Shown here in pieces: positions 49,686 to 59,463 of a DNA stretch of 64,000 nucleotides (position 1 is the stretch's first letter; each line of letters opens with the position of its first letter). Under the pieces are notes generated by a model. The model had not been told where the DNA came from. It was given only the letters and a program-made list of their open reading frames with translations, and did no database searches. Source of the stretch: Candidatus Krumholzibacteriota bacterium (GTDB taxonomy: Bacteria; Krumholzibacteriota; Krumholzibacteriia; Krumholzibacteriales; Krumholzibacteriaceae); the NCBI GenBank assembly GCA_016932415.1, contig JAFGCX010000011.1, positions 104,115 to 168,114 on the forward strand. The letters run 5' to 3'. The translations under genes were made by a program, and so were the position numbers.

Positions 49686-51542
49686 ATGAAGAGTAGAACC
49701 GGAATAAAAAGAGCCTTGGTGGTCGTCGCGATGCTGGTGACCGGCGTGGCCGTATCTTCCTGGGGCGCCGGCAGGCAGCCGGAAAAGACCGGGCTGGCTC
49801 ATCGCACGGGAAGAGTCGCCGCGAATCTTCCAGAGAACGGAAGCCTCGGCAAGCGCATCTTCGGGGGCGAAGAATTCGCCATAAGATGGCCCGGGGAGGG
49901 GGGGAAGGAGTATGTCGAGGAAGGCGGATTCATGATCAGGCTGAGAGTGGAGGGCGAAGAGCGGCCCTTCGTATTCGGCCCGGCGGCGTTCAGGGGGGTC
50001 AACTCTCGTATCGAAGCTAACGTTTTCCACGAGGGGGATGAAGGAGGGATAAGATATCCACTGCCGGGATGTGATGATGATGGTGACGGCAGGGATGATG
50101 AAGACCCTCTTGACTATCTGGACAATGACCAGGATGGAGCGATCGACGAGGATTTCGGGATCACCGGAAACGAGATGGCTGTTGCCCTCGGGGTCGAACC
50201 TGTGACGGGGATCACGCTGACACAGTCGAGCTATACATGGTCTTACGGGCACGTCAGGGATTTTATAGGATTTACATCAGAGTTCAGATATCCGGAGAGC
50301 GGGGAGAAGCAAAGCCCCGATATCATCGACCTTCAGGCCGCGCTGTACGCAAGATTCGCCATTGGACGAGGCGAAACAGTCGGCCGCGCCGATGATGACG
50401 AGACTTTTCTCATAAGAAAAAAAGAGGGCGGAGAGCAGGAAAGAGAAGACTCCTTCCTGCATTACCCGTGCGTATGCGACGGTGGCGGTAAAGGTTGCTG
50501 CGCGCTGGTCGTCTTCAATTTCGAAGGGCCGGGAGCGCAAGGTTCTCCGGACTATCCGGTCATAGCAGGAAGACGCTCTTCTCCCGATTCTCTGATGTGT
50601 GCCGCCGGACAAGAAAGAGAAGAGGGTAGAGACAAAGAGGAAACTCTCCGCCACGAAAACGCGATCTATAAAGAACTGGCAGGCGCCTTTGAGGTCTCGA
50701 CGAAAGAAACAGGAGAAAAAACGGTTGTAAGCAAAATAGGGGCGATACCGAGGCTTTGTCCGGGAGAGAAGTTCACGATAGAGTGGGCTCTCGTATTCGG
50801 AGGTTCTGAAGAAAGGCTTGCCAGGAATATAGACAGAGCGATTGAGACGTATAAGGGCGTAGCGGAAAAAGATGGAAAAGAAAACCGCTGGATAGTACCG
50901 GCCAGAAAAGCTTCCCATATCACCCTCCCGGGCCGGCTGGCGCCCATATGGGTGCGTGGCGGGAGAAGGCCGGCAGCATCGATAATAGTCCCGGAAGGGA
51001 TTGACGAGGAGATCGAATGGCTTAAGGTCGCTGGAGAGACGAGCGAGACTTTCGAACAGATCGGACAGAGAGTGATGATAACGATCGAGGACAGGGTAAT
51101 AGAAAAGAGCGAGGCCTTCCTAATAGAGGGCCAGCTTTCTGACGGGACTTTATTTGCCGCCAGGATAAGCGAAAATGATATCGCGGGATTCGCCGCCGAT
51201 GAACCGGTGTCACCGGGACGCCTGCCCGAAGAATGCATGTCGGTATTCCCAAATCCGTTCGCGTCGTCTCTTAACGTAAGCCTGAGGATAAGCGATGCTC
51301 CCGTGGCAGGTGGGGCTGCGAAGGCCGAACAGATCCAGGGGATCAGCTCGGTGAAGATATACGATGTAAAGGGCCGTCTTGTCAGAACGGTCATGCCCGA
51401 AGAATATCTTCACCCGGGCGATTACAACCTCGGCTGGGACGGGAACGACGAAAACGGCATGCCGGTATCTGCCGGGGTCTATTACTGCAAGTTGCAGATC
51501 GACGATCGGACCCTTACCAAAAGGATAATTCTACTCAGATAA
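49686..51542 (+). CDS. Secreted protein of unknown function with Asp-rich Ca-binding-like repeats and a T9SS/Por-secretion-tail-like C-terminal domain
   Basis: Signal peptide. DDDGDGRDDEDPLDYLDNDQDGAIDED. C-terminus FPNPFASSLNVSL...IYDVKGRLVRTV...WDGNDENGMPVSAGVYYCKL...TKRIILLR, homologous to the subtilase C-terminus. Confidence 0.6.
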   Translation: MKSRTGIKRALVVVAMLVTGVAVSSWGAGRQPEKTGLAHRTGRVAANLPENGSLGKRIFGGEEFAIRWPGEGGKEYVEEGGFMIRLRVEGEERPFVFGPAAFRGVNSRIEANVFHEGDEGGIRYPLPGCDDDGDGRDDEDPLDYLDNDQDGAIDEDFGITGNEMAVALGVEPVTGITLTQSSYTWSYGHVRDFIGFTSEFRYPESGEKQSPDIIDLQAALYARFAIGRGETVGRADDDETFLIRKKEGGEQEREDSFLHYPCVCDGGGKGCCALVVFNFEGPGAQGSPDYPVIAGRRSSPDSLMCAAGQEREEGRDKEETLRHENAIYKELAGAFEVSTKETGEKTVVSKIGAIPRLCPGEKFTIEWALVFGGSEERLARNIDRAIETYKGVAEKDGKENRWIVPARKASHITLPGRLAPIWVRGGRRPAASIIVPEGIDEEIEWLKVAGETSETFEQIGQRVMITIEDRVIEKSEAFLIEGQLSDGTLFAARISENDIAGFAADEPVSPGRLPEECMSVFPNPFASSLNVSLRISDAPVAGGAAKAEQIQGISSVKIYDVKGRLVRTVMPEEYLHPGDYNLGWDGNDENGMPVSAGVYYCKLQIDDRTLTKRIILLR

Positions 51543-51544
51543 TA

Positions 51545-52876
51545 ATGTCACTCTATAACCCATCATCAGACATTCCCGAAGAAAGAGCGATCCTGATCGG
51601 CGTAAAACTTCCCGGCGCGACAGTCCAGCGGGAACGCGAAAATCTCGAAGAGCTGAGCCAGCTTGCGTCAACGGCAGGGGCGCAGGTGATCGAGACGCGT
51701 TTGCAACAGAGGGCGGGGGTCGACGGAGCCACATATATCGGAAAAGGAAAGATGGAAGAGATAGGGAAAATCGTTGAAGAAAAAGGACTCAACCTGGTGA
51801 TCTTTGACGACGACCTTTCGCCGGCGCAGGCACGAAATCTGGAGGACCGGATCGGAATAAACGTGATCGACAGGACGGAACTCATACTTGATATTTTTTC
51901 GCGCAGAGCAAGGACAAGACAGGCAAAACTTCAGGTAGAGATAGCTCAGCTGACCTACGCGCTCCCACGGCTGAAAAGACTCTGGGACCATCTGTCCAGG
52001 CAGGACGGCGGTATAGGCACGCGAGGCCCGGGAGAGACCCAGCTGGAGGTCGACAGGCGACGGGTGCGAGAGAGGATCTCCTTTCTCAAGAAAGAACTGA
52101 TCAAGATAAGCCAGAGGACCGGGGAAAGAAGGAAAAAGAGAAAAGACACTTTTAACGTGACGATCGTAGGATATACCAACGCTGGCAAATCGACTCTTCT
52201 GAACCGGCTCTCCGGAGCGGGGGTCCTTGAGAGCGGGATGCTTTTCTCAACGCTGGATTCGATTTCGCGAAAGATCGTCATCGAAGAAGGAGTCGAATTC
52301 GTCCTGACCGATACGGTGGGGTTCATAAGAAAATTACCGGCGCACCTTGTCGCCAGTTTCAGGGCGACACTGATCGATGTTGAAGAGGCCGACCTGCTGC
52401 TCCACCTTGTCGATTTCTCGTCCCCCCTGTTCGAAGAAAGAATAGATATTGTAAACCAGGTCCTCGAAAGAGTACTGACCGGAAGAGGAGAGAGTCGGGA
52501 CGGATCAAGAAAGATCCCGACGATAACGGTTTTCAACAAGACGGATCTCGGGGCCACGGGAGAAGAGATCGCGGCGGCATGCAGAAAATACGAAGTGGCT
52601 ACAGCTATAAGCGCGGCAAGAGGAACAGGGACAGAGCAGCTTCTCCTGATGATAAAAGACCGGATCGACAGCAAAAAGGTAAAGGCAAGAGTCAGCCTGA
52701 ATGTCTCCGACGGAAGGACGCTGGCATTTATAGAGGCGTCGGCGAGGATCCTCGAACGGACGATCGAAGGAGAGATGATCGAACTTACCCTGCTCATTGA
52801 CAAAAAAGATCTTGGAAGGATCGAAAAAGCGGGGAAGGCGCAGATCAGCATCCTCAGGCAGGGCATCGACAGGTAA
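51545..52876 (+). CDS. hflX: GTPase HflX
   Basis: HflX N-terminal domain (ILIGV...ELILDIFSRRARTRQAKLQVEIAQLTYALPRL) and G domain (GYTNAGKSTLLN, DTVGF, NKTD). Confidence 0.9.
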   Translation: MSLYNPSSDIPEERAILIGVKLPGATVQRERENLEELSQLASTAGAQVIETRLQQRAGVDGATYIGKGKMEEIGKIVEEKGLNLVIFDDDLSPAQARNLEDRIGINVIDRTELILDIFSRRARTRQAKLQVEIAQLTYALPRLKRLWDHLSRQDGGIGTRGPGETQLEVDRRRVRERISFLKKELIKISQRTGERRKKRKDTFNVTIVGYTNAGKSTLLNRLSGAGVLESGMLFSTLDSISRKIVIEEGVEFVLTDTVGFIRKLPAHLVASFRATLIDVEEADLLLHLVDFSSPLFEERIDIVNQVLERVLTGRGESRDGSRKIPTITVFNKTDLGATGEEIAAACRKYEVATAISAARGTGTEQLLLMIKDRIDSKKVKARVSLNVSDGRTLAFIEASARILERTIEGEMIELTLLIDKKDLGRIEKAGKAQISILRQGIDR

Positions 52877-52891
52877 GAAACCCTACCTGTC
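52866..52891. terminator. Inverted repeat CGACAGGTA-N8-TACCTGTCG spanning the stop codons of convergent hflX and the membrane-protein gene
   Basis: Perfect 9-bp arms. The intergenic gap is only 6 nt, so the hairpin overlaps both coding ends. Confidence 0.45.
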
Positions 52892-54163
52892 GATCTCCAG
52901 CTTCCCATCTTTCATGTAAACACCTGGAAATTTTTCCGCGAAGTCAACCTTGCTGGCCAGGGTAGCCTTGTTTGCCGCCTTTGCTTCGTAGCTCCGGTCG
53001 AGCTGGACTACTATGAAACGGGAGAGGAAGATGAATATCAGGGGAACTACGAAAGGCACGAACTTCTTCCATCTGGTCGATGAAATAAGCCTCGAACAAT
53101 AGACAGCTCCGGCGGCTATCACGGAGACGAACCCGACCGAAACGAGATAGAGATGGCGGATATTCAGCCAGTCGTAGGGGAATTGGAAAAAGGCGAAGGG
53201 AAGGACCATAATATATGTCCATGCTATAAGAAATCTGATCGTGCGGTTCCCGAAGATAAATCCGAAGAATGAGTACGAGAGCACGGTAAGGGCGAAGAAG
53301 ATCCGGATCGCTGTCGCGAACCTGTAAATAAACCGTACTGCGCTGCCGCTTTCAGTGACAAGATGGGAAGTATGGATAGGAAAGATCATCCTCACAAGGT
53401 AGTTGATGACGTTTTTCCCGGCGAGAAGAAGAAAAGAGAATATCCCGGGATTCTTCGTGTAGAGCGACGGGCTGTAATGGAAAACGGAATATTTTATCAC
53501 GAGAGACGCCGCTGCGATCAAAAGGAGAACGATAAAATTCGCCCTGAAGACGCGTTTGCCCGTCTCGTTGCGGAAGAAAAAATTAAAAGCGAGGAAAGCT
53601 CCAAGGATCGAAAAGCTCGTACTTCGCGTAAACATCGAGGCTATGAAAAAGAGAAGGGTGAAAAAATACCTGAAAGAAGCGATCTTTCCCTTCCCGTCCA
53701 ATTCGTTTTTAAAGTAAAAGATCATAGTCAGCAGGGTTATCGACGTGATGATAAGGTCTTCAAGCCCCGAAGCGATCATTACCGCCTTGCCATAGCTGCC
53801 GACGGTGAAGACGAAAAGAAGTCCCGAAAGAAACGAGACGGCCCTGTCTTTCAGAAGGGTGTTCACGAGGAGGTAGACAAGAAACGAATTGAAGGCATGC
53901 AGGAGAATGTTGAAAATAAAGTATGCCCTGGAATCGAAAAAGAAATTATTAAAAAGCAGGAAATGAACTCCATAGACAAGGGGTTGAAATTTGAACGGAG
54001 CCGTGCTGTCAAAGAGGGCCGACTTGTCTTCGAGCATCCTCATGCTGTTTTCCAGGGAGACGAAATCGTAGCTGCTCCAGAATCCGTTGTCGATCGACAT
54101 CCCGAAAAAGAGGAACGCGAACGAGACAAAGACTGCCATTATCAATAAGTCGATCCATCTCAT
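52883..54163 (-). CDS. Polytopic integral membrane protein (possible GT-C-type glycosyltransferase or O-antigen-ligase-like), function unknown
   Basis: About 11 predicted TM segments, F/I/L/N-rich, noticeably more AT-rich than its surroundings. Confidence 0.45.
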   Translation of the reverse strand: MRWIDLLIMAVFVSFAFLFFGMSIDNGFWSSYDFVSLENSMRMLEDKSALFDSTAPFKFQPLVYGVHFLLFNNFFFDSRAYFIFNILLHAFNSFLVYLLVNTLLKDRAVSFLSGLLFVFTVGSYGKAVMIASGLEDLIITSITLLTMIFYFKNELDGKGKIASFRYFFTLLFFIASMFTRSTSFSILGAFLAFNFFFRNETGKRVFRANFIVLLLIAAASLVIKYSVFHYSPSLYTKNPGIFSFLLLAGKNVINYLVRMIFPIHTSHLVTESGSAVRFIYRFATAIRIFFALTVLSYSFFGFIFGNRTIRFLIAWTYIMVLPFAFFQFPYDWLNIRHLYLVSVGFVSVIAAGAVYCSRLISSTRWKKFVPFVVPLIFIFLSRFIVVQLDRSYEAKAANKATLASKVDFAEKFPGVYMKDGKLEIDR

Positions 54164-54349
54164 TTATTCATGACCCCCGGGGAAACGGATTGCTGCATGA
54201 CGAGGGAGAGTGTAACATATAAAGGGGATAAAAGTGAACCGCAAATAAACCTGGGAGGCGGGTCAGGCCGGGATGCGATAATCGGGGGTAAAGTCCGTGC
54301 GCGAAAGACATCCGGCAATCAGCGGAGATTAAGCGGGAGGGCAGGCGCG

Positions 54350-55762
54350 ATGGAAAAATACTGTTATGTCGGAGGGGAATGGACGCAAAAGGGAGAACTT
54401 TTCGAAGTGACGACTCCCGGCGGAAGGTCGGTGGTGGGTCAGGCACTCAGGCCCGACGAAGGGGAGATCGAAAGGGCTCTGGAAGCGGCGGTGATGAGGT
54501 TTCCATTACAGAAAGGAATGCCGGCGCACGAAAAGGAGGATATCCTCCTCGGGGCGGCGGCCGGCATAAGGGAAAGAAGCGATGAATTCACCAGGACTAT
54601 AATAGCGGAAACGGGAAAGCCGATCCGTTACGCCGCTGGCGAGGTCGAACGAGCGATCCGGACATTCACCGAGGCGGCCCAGGAATGCAGCAGACTCTGC
54701 GGGGAGATGATACCGCTCGACGTGACACGTCCTGGGGAGGGAAGATTCGGGATAACCGGGTGGTTTCCCGCCGGACCGGTTCTGGCGATCACGCCTTTTA
54801 ATTTTCCGTTGAATCTTGTAGCGCACAAGGTAGCGCCCGCAATCGCGGCCGGAGCGCCGGTGATCGTCAAACCTTCGAGCGAGGCGCCCCTGGCAGCGCT
54901 ACTGCTGGCCGAGGTGCTTGAAGAAGCGGGGCTGCCGCCCGGAGGGTTGAGCGTTCTTCCGATGACGGGAGAACAGGCCGGAAGACTGGCGGCGAGAAAA
55001 GAGATAAAGAAAGTCACCTTTACGGGCAGCGCCGATGTGGGGTGGAACCTATGGTCTTCCTGCGCAGGAAAGAAAATAACCCTTGAGCTGGGAGGGAACG
55101 CCGCCGTAGTGCTGCATGAAGACTGGGATGATATCGATTCTGCCGTCGAGAGGATAGTGGTCGGGGCTTACGCCTTTTCGGGGCAGGTCTGCATTTCGGT
55201 GCAGAGAATACTCGTATCCCGATCGATCCTGGGACTTTTTATCGATAAGTTCGTCAAAAGGACGGCATCGCTGAAAAGAGGGGATCTTTTCGAACGGGAG
55301 ACAGAAACGGGGCCGATGATAACCGTCGAGGAGGCCGAAAGGGTTGAAAGCTGGATAGCAGAAGCGGCTGGCGCTGGCGCGCGGATCCTGGCCGGAGGAG
55401 AGCGCGAAGGGGCTTTTTACCCTCCAACGGTCATTAACGGAGCGGCGAAGGGATTGAAGGTCGTCGACGAAGAACTCTTCGGGCCGGCAGCTGTCGTGAC
55501 CGGGTACGACGATTTCGATGAAGCGATAGAAATGGTCAACGATTCGAGGTTCGGCCTGCAGGCCGGAGTCTATACGAAAGATATCGGAAGGATCAGGAGC
55601 GCCTTCAGCCGGATAGAGACGGGAGGGGTCATTATCGGGGATGTCCCCACCTTCCGTGTAGACAGGATGCCGTACGGGGGAGTAAAGGATTCGGGAACGG
55701 GAAAAGAGGGCCTCAGGTACGCGATAAGGGAGATGTGCGACATGAGGCTTCTCGTGATATGA
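54350..55762 (+). CDS. NAD(P)-dependent aldehyde dehydrogenase
   Basis: ALDH family architecture. Start moved to MEKYCYVGGEW (ATG 54350) with SD GGGAGGG. The track ORF begins at 54170 with a non-homologous extension. Confidence 0.85.
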   Translation: MEKYCYVGGEWTQKGELFEVTTPGGRSVVGQALRPDEGEIERALEAAVMRFPLQKGMPAHEKEDILLGAAAGIRERSDEFTRTIIAETGKPIRYAAGEVERAIRTFTEAAQECSRLCGEMIPLDVTRPGEGRFGITGWFPAGPVLAITPFNFPLNLVAHKVAPAIAAGAPVIVKPSSEAPLAALLLAEVLEEAGLPPGGLSVLPMTGEQAGRLAARKEIKKVTFTGSADVGWNLWSSCAGKKITLELGGNAAVVLHEDWDDIDSAVERIVVGAYAFSGQVCISVQRILVSRSILGLFIDKFVKRTASLKRGDLFERETETGPMITVEEAERVESWIAEAAGAGARILAGGEREGAFYPPTVINGAAKGLKVVDEELFGPAAVVTGYDDFDEAIEMVNDSRFGLQAGVYTKDIGRIRSAFSRIETGGVIIGDVPTFRVDRMPYGGVKDSGTGKEGLRYAIREMCDMRLLVI

Positions 55763-55770
55763 CCGGCAGG

Positions 55771-55797
55771 CGGGGGAGGCTGCCGGCTCCCCCGTTT
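55771..55797 (+). terminator. GC-rich hairpin CGGGGGAG-N8-CTCCCCCG followed by TTTG after the ALDH stop
   Basis: 8-bp perfect stem followed by a T-run. An overlapping alternative stem (CCGGCAG/CTGCCGG) is described in the findings. Confidence 0.45.
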
Positions 55798-55824
55798 GCC
55801 CGAAAACCGGAAAGCGCTGACCGG

Positions 55825-57063
55825 CTACTCCTGAAGGAATAGATTCGCGAAGATCTTCGCGTCTCCCTTCATCCCCGCAAGGGTCGTATATTCATTCGGC
55901 TGATGGCAGGTATCCTCTATTTTCGACCAGACAACCGCGTTGAACCCGTTTCTTCTGAAGACTGCCGCGACCGTTCCTCCGCCGATACCCATCGGCTTCG
56001 CTTCTATCTGGTAGACATCACCGATCGCGCGCGCAAGGGCCCTGACTACCGGCGCGTCGACAGGGGTCGCCGGAGCGGCCTCTTCCTTCTGTACGGAAGA
56101 AGTGGTTATTTTGACGTTGAATTCTTTCTCAACTCCATCGGCGATAGAACGGATCTCTCTGTCCACTTCCGCGAGGTCGATTCCCGGGAGGACGCGCATA
56201 TCGAGGTAGAAGACGTCATCTCCCGGTATCGTGTTGATGTTGGGGACATTGGCGTCTTTTTTTGTCGCTTCGAAGGTGCTTGTCGGCGGATCGAAGACCT
56301 CGTCTTTCCTGTCGAATATCTCATAGAGGGAATGAAGCCTTGTTATCAGGTGCGCGCCGGCGTAATGAGCGTTGACGCCCGCCGCGGGAGTCGAAGCGTG
56401 GCATTGTTTGCCTTTCGTCTCGACCTTGAGCCAGTAGATCGATTTTTCAGCGACCTCTATCATCGCTCCGTCGGGTTCGCCCGCGTCGGGAACGATTATG
56501 TAATCGTTCTTTCCGAACATGTCGCATTTGTCGAGCATATATCCTATTCCGTACTCGCTACCCGTTTCCTCGTCCGAAACGAGAGCGATGCAGACGTCAT
56601 ATGGAAGCTTCGCTCCGAGCTCTTTGATCGCCTTGAGAGCAAAGAGGGGAGTCACTATTCCGTGCTGGTTATCCTCCGTTCCCCGGCCGTAGATATTGCC
56701 ATCTTTCAGGACGACCTTGTAAGGATCAGTATCCCATTTTTTAAGATCTCCCGGGGGGACTATATCCATATGCGCCATGACCCATATTCTTCTTGCCGTC
56801 GAGGCGCCTTTCATGACGGCGGCGATATTGGGCCTGACACCGGATGGGACGCGTTTGTCAGGGGCGTCGAAATGATGGACCTCGTCGAACCCGATCTCGC
56901 TGGAAAGCCACTCTTCTATAAAAGCCGCTTTTTTGGATTCACCCTCTCCGTCGTTATCCGGGCCGAGGGCGGGGATGGCGGTCATTTTCGTCTGAAACTC
57001 GACCATCGAATCGGAATAGCTTTCGATCCTGTCATATATTTTTTTAATGATATCTGAATCCAT
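55825..57063 (-). CDS. M20-family metallopeptidase (ArgE/DapE/dipeptidase-like)
   Basis: Metal-binding motifs (MAHMDIVP, DNQHG, LVSDEETGS). Start moved to MDSDIIKKIY (57063). Track ORF runs to 57105. Confidence 0.8.
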   Translation of the reverse strand: MDSDIIKKIYDRIESYSDSMVEFQTKMTAIPALGPDNDGEGESKKAAFIEEWLSSEIGFDEVHHFDAPDKRVPSGVRPNIAAVMKGASTARRIWVMAHMDIVPPGDLKKWDTDPYKVVLKDGNIYGRGTEDNQHGIVTPLFALKAIKELGAKLPYDVCIALVSDEETGSEYGIGYMLDKCDMFGKNDYIIVPDAGEPDGAMIEVAEKSIYWLKVETKGKQCHASTPAAGVNAHYAGAHLITRLHSLYEIFDRKDEVFDPPTSTFEATKKDANVPNINTIPGDDVFYLDMRVLPGIDLAEVDREIRSIADGVEKEFNVKITTSSVQKEEAAPATPVDAPVVRALARAIGDVYQIEAKPMGIGGGTVAAVFRRNGFNAVVWSKIEDTCHQPNEYTTLAGMKGDAKIFANLFLQE

Positions 57064-57297
57064 GACAACTCCCGTCAATCTGTTGCTTCTGGCCTGCGCC
57101 GGCACAGCCGGCAGGATTTCATGAAATAATCATTACACCGGGTCTCGCGAGGGTCAAGGGCTTTCTTGAAAAAGAGATGCCAGCAGGTCCGGAAAGAGGG
57201 AACAGATTTCACTGTTGACTTTCAAAGAGTAAAAATGGTTCAATGAAAAACGATCGGCTACTGGCTTTTATGATTTATCACAAAGAAAACAGCAGAA

Positions 57298-59463
57298 ATG
57301 AAAGATATCAATCAAAAGCTGGAAAAAGGAGACGCAGGAAAAAGCCCGAAGCCGGAACGGAAGAAGACAATATCCGAGAATTCAAATGGCAGGCTGCTCG
57401 GCCTTGAGAGCAGCCTGTTCATTTTCAGGGAACTGTGCGGCAACAGCAGCCTTGACAAATCGATTCAGAATATAACCGATTATCTCCTTGAACTTATCGA
57501 CCTTTCTTTCGTGATGTTCATCACCGAAGACCTTTCCGGAAGCAGCCTGAACACAAAAGCGATATCGGCAAGAGAGGGAGTCTATCATTATATCCAGGGG
57601 ATCAAATACCGGTACGGAGCCTCTGGATACATGGATAAATGGATCGGCGAGATCTTCGACGCTCAGGGGGCGACAAAACTCGATTCGGAAATGCTGGGAG
57701 GTTTTCTTGCCAAGATCTCCAGCGAGGGAATAATCTCGGAAGAGACCTTCCTGGCGATCATCGATTCGATGAAAACGAAAGAGAATCTCGAAACGCTGTT
57801 TATTGGAAGAAAAAGAGGAAACGGACAACCGCTTTTTATTATAGCCCTGTCGAGCAGCCGGAAAATAACCAAGACGGAACTCGGGCTTATATATTCGCTG
57901 TCTGACTCGATCGCGGCAGCCCTTGAACGAAGGGTGGAGATCGAAAGAGCATCGAGAGAGCTTACAAGATACAAAGCTCTTGTCGACAGCAAGGAACACG
58001 CGTTTTTCCTTTTGATCGATGGAAAGCTCGAATTTTTCAGCGAGAAACTCCCCGAAATACTTGGAACCGTTAAAAAAAATCTTTTCGGAAAAAGAATAGA
58101 GACTTTTTTTGATGAGGAAAGCGCCCGGGATCTTGTCAAAATGATCTGTAACTTCAACGAGATGGAAGGACCCGCTTCAAAAAAATATTATCATATATAC
58201 AGACTCGCCGATAGCGCCGAGGAAGTCGAACTGCAGATCCATTCGATCGATTTCAGGGGCAAAAGGGCGATCAGGGGGACAGTCGAGAATGTCAGCCAGA
58301 AGAGCATGCTGGAAAAGACCGCCATGGAGTCGATCCATCTTGAATCGATGGCGAAACTCGCCGGTGGCGTGGCGCATGATTTCAACAATCTCATCGGCGC
58401 GATGATAGGGTTTTCATCTCTGGTAAGAAATTCACTTCCGGAAAACGACCACCGGGTGGTCCAGCTCGAGAAAATAGAGGAAGCGGGGGCAAAGGCGAAC
58501 AAATTGACTCACCAGCTTCTGTCGATGTCGAGAAAAGGGAATTATGTCTGCGAGATCGTCGATATAAGCGAAGTGGTCGACCGGGCGGCCAAAAGCTGTC
58601 TTCTCTCGCAGGCGAACATCTCCCTCGCCAAGGAGTTCAGAGCCGATCTCTGCAATGTGAAGGGAGACCCGTCACAGCTGCACGAAGCGTTTTTCAATAT
58701 ACTTATGAACTCGCGTGAAGCTATGCCTGATGGAGGCAACATAAAGATAGCGACAGAAAAGGTATTCATAGACAGTACGAACGAGATCTTTTCCAATGGA
58801 ATGACAACAGGGGATTATATCCGGATAACTATCTCGGATGACGGGATCGGGATGGCGCCCAGCGTGTTCAGGCGGGCGGCCGAACCGTTCTTCACAACGA
58901 GAAAAGAGATGGGAAACAAGGGGCTTGGCCTTCCGGCGGCGATCGGTATAATCGAGGGGCACCAGGGGAAGATGGACGTCAGGAGCCGGGAAAACACCGG
59001 AACAGAAGTGATGATCTTTCTGCCGCTGACGGCGATGGATCAGAAGAACCAGGGCGGAGGGAGCTGGAATTCGAAAGAAACGAAAAAAATCCTTATAATA
59101 GATGACGAAGAGATCATACTTGACCTGGCGGCAGCGATGCTCGCAATGCTCGGATATGAAGCGGTAAGGGCTGAATCAGGGCAAAAGGGTCTGGAGATAT
59201 TGAAGTCGCAGAGGATCGATCTCGTTTTTCTTGACCTTGTCATGCCGGAGATGTCGGGAGACGAGGTCTTCACGAGAATAAAGGAGTTTAAACCTGACCT
59301 GCCGATAATCATAGCAAGCGGATACAGCGAAGATTTCGTTATACAGCAGCTGCTTGACAGGGGAGCAGTCTCATTTCTGAAAAAACCCTACAGGCTTAAG
59401 GATATGGCCGCGGTAATGCAGGGTGCGATGGGGGTGTTGTTGCAAGCCGAGAGGAAGGGGTGA
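57298..59463 (+). CDS. Cytoplasmic hybrid sensor histidine kinase (GAF/PAS-like, HisKA, HATPase_c, receiver)
   Basis: H-box GGVAHDFNNLIGAM, N/G boxes, C-terminal REC (ILIIDDEEIIL...DLVFLDLVMPEMSG). No TM segments. Confidence 0.85.
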   Translation: MKDINQKLEKGDAGKSPKPERKKTISENSNGRLLGLESSLFIFRELCGNSSLDKSIQNITDYLLELIDLSFVMFITEDLSGSSLNTKAISAREGVYHYIQGIKYRYGASGYMDKWIGEIFDAQGATKLDSEMLGGFLAKISSEGIISEETFLAIIDSMKTKENLETLFIGRKRGNGQPLFIIALSSSRKITKTELGLIYSLSDSIAAALERRVEIERASRELTRYKALVDSKEHAFFLLIDGKLEFFSEKLPEILGTVKKNLFGKRIETFFDEESARDLVKMICNFNEMEGPASKKYYHIYRLADSAEEVELQIHSIDFRGKRAIRGTVENVSQKSMLEKTAMESIHLESMAKLAGGVAHDFNNLIGAMIGFSSLVRNSLPENDHRVVQLEKIEEAGAKANKLTHQLLSMSRKGNYVCEIVDISEVVDRAAKSCLLSQANISLAKEFRADLCNVKGDPSQLHEAFFNILMNSREAMPDGGNIKIATEKVFIDSTNEIFSNGMTTGDYIRITISDDGIGMAPSVFRRAAEPFFTTRKEMGNKGLGLPAAIGIIEGHQGKMDVRSRENTGTEVMIFLPLTAMDQKNQGGGSWNSKETKKILIIDDEEIILDLAAAMLAMLGYEAVRAESGQKGLEILKSQRIDLVFLDLVMPEMSGDEVFTRIKEFKPDLPIIIASGYSEDFVIQQLLDRGAVSFLKKPYRLKDMAAVMQGAMGVLLQAERKG

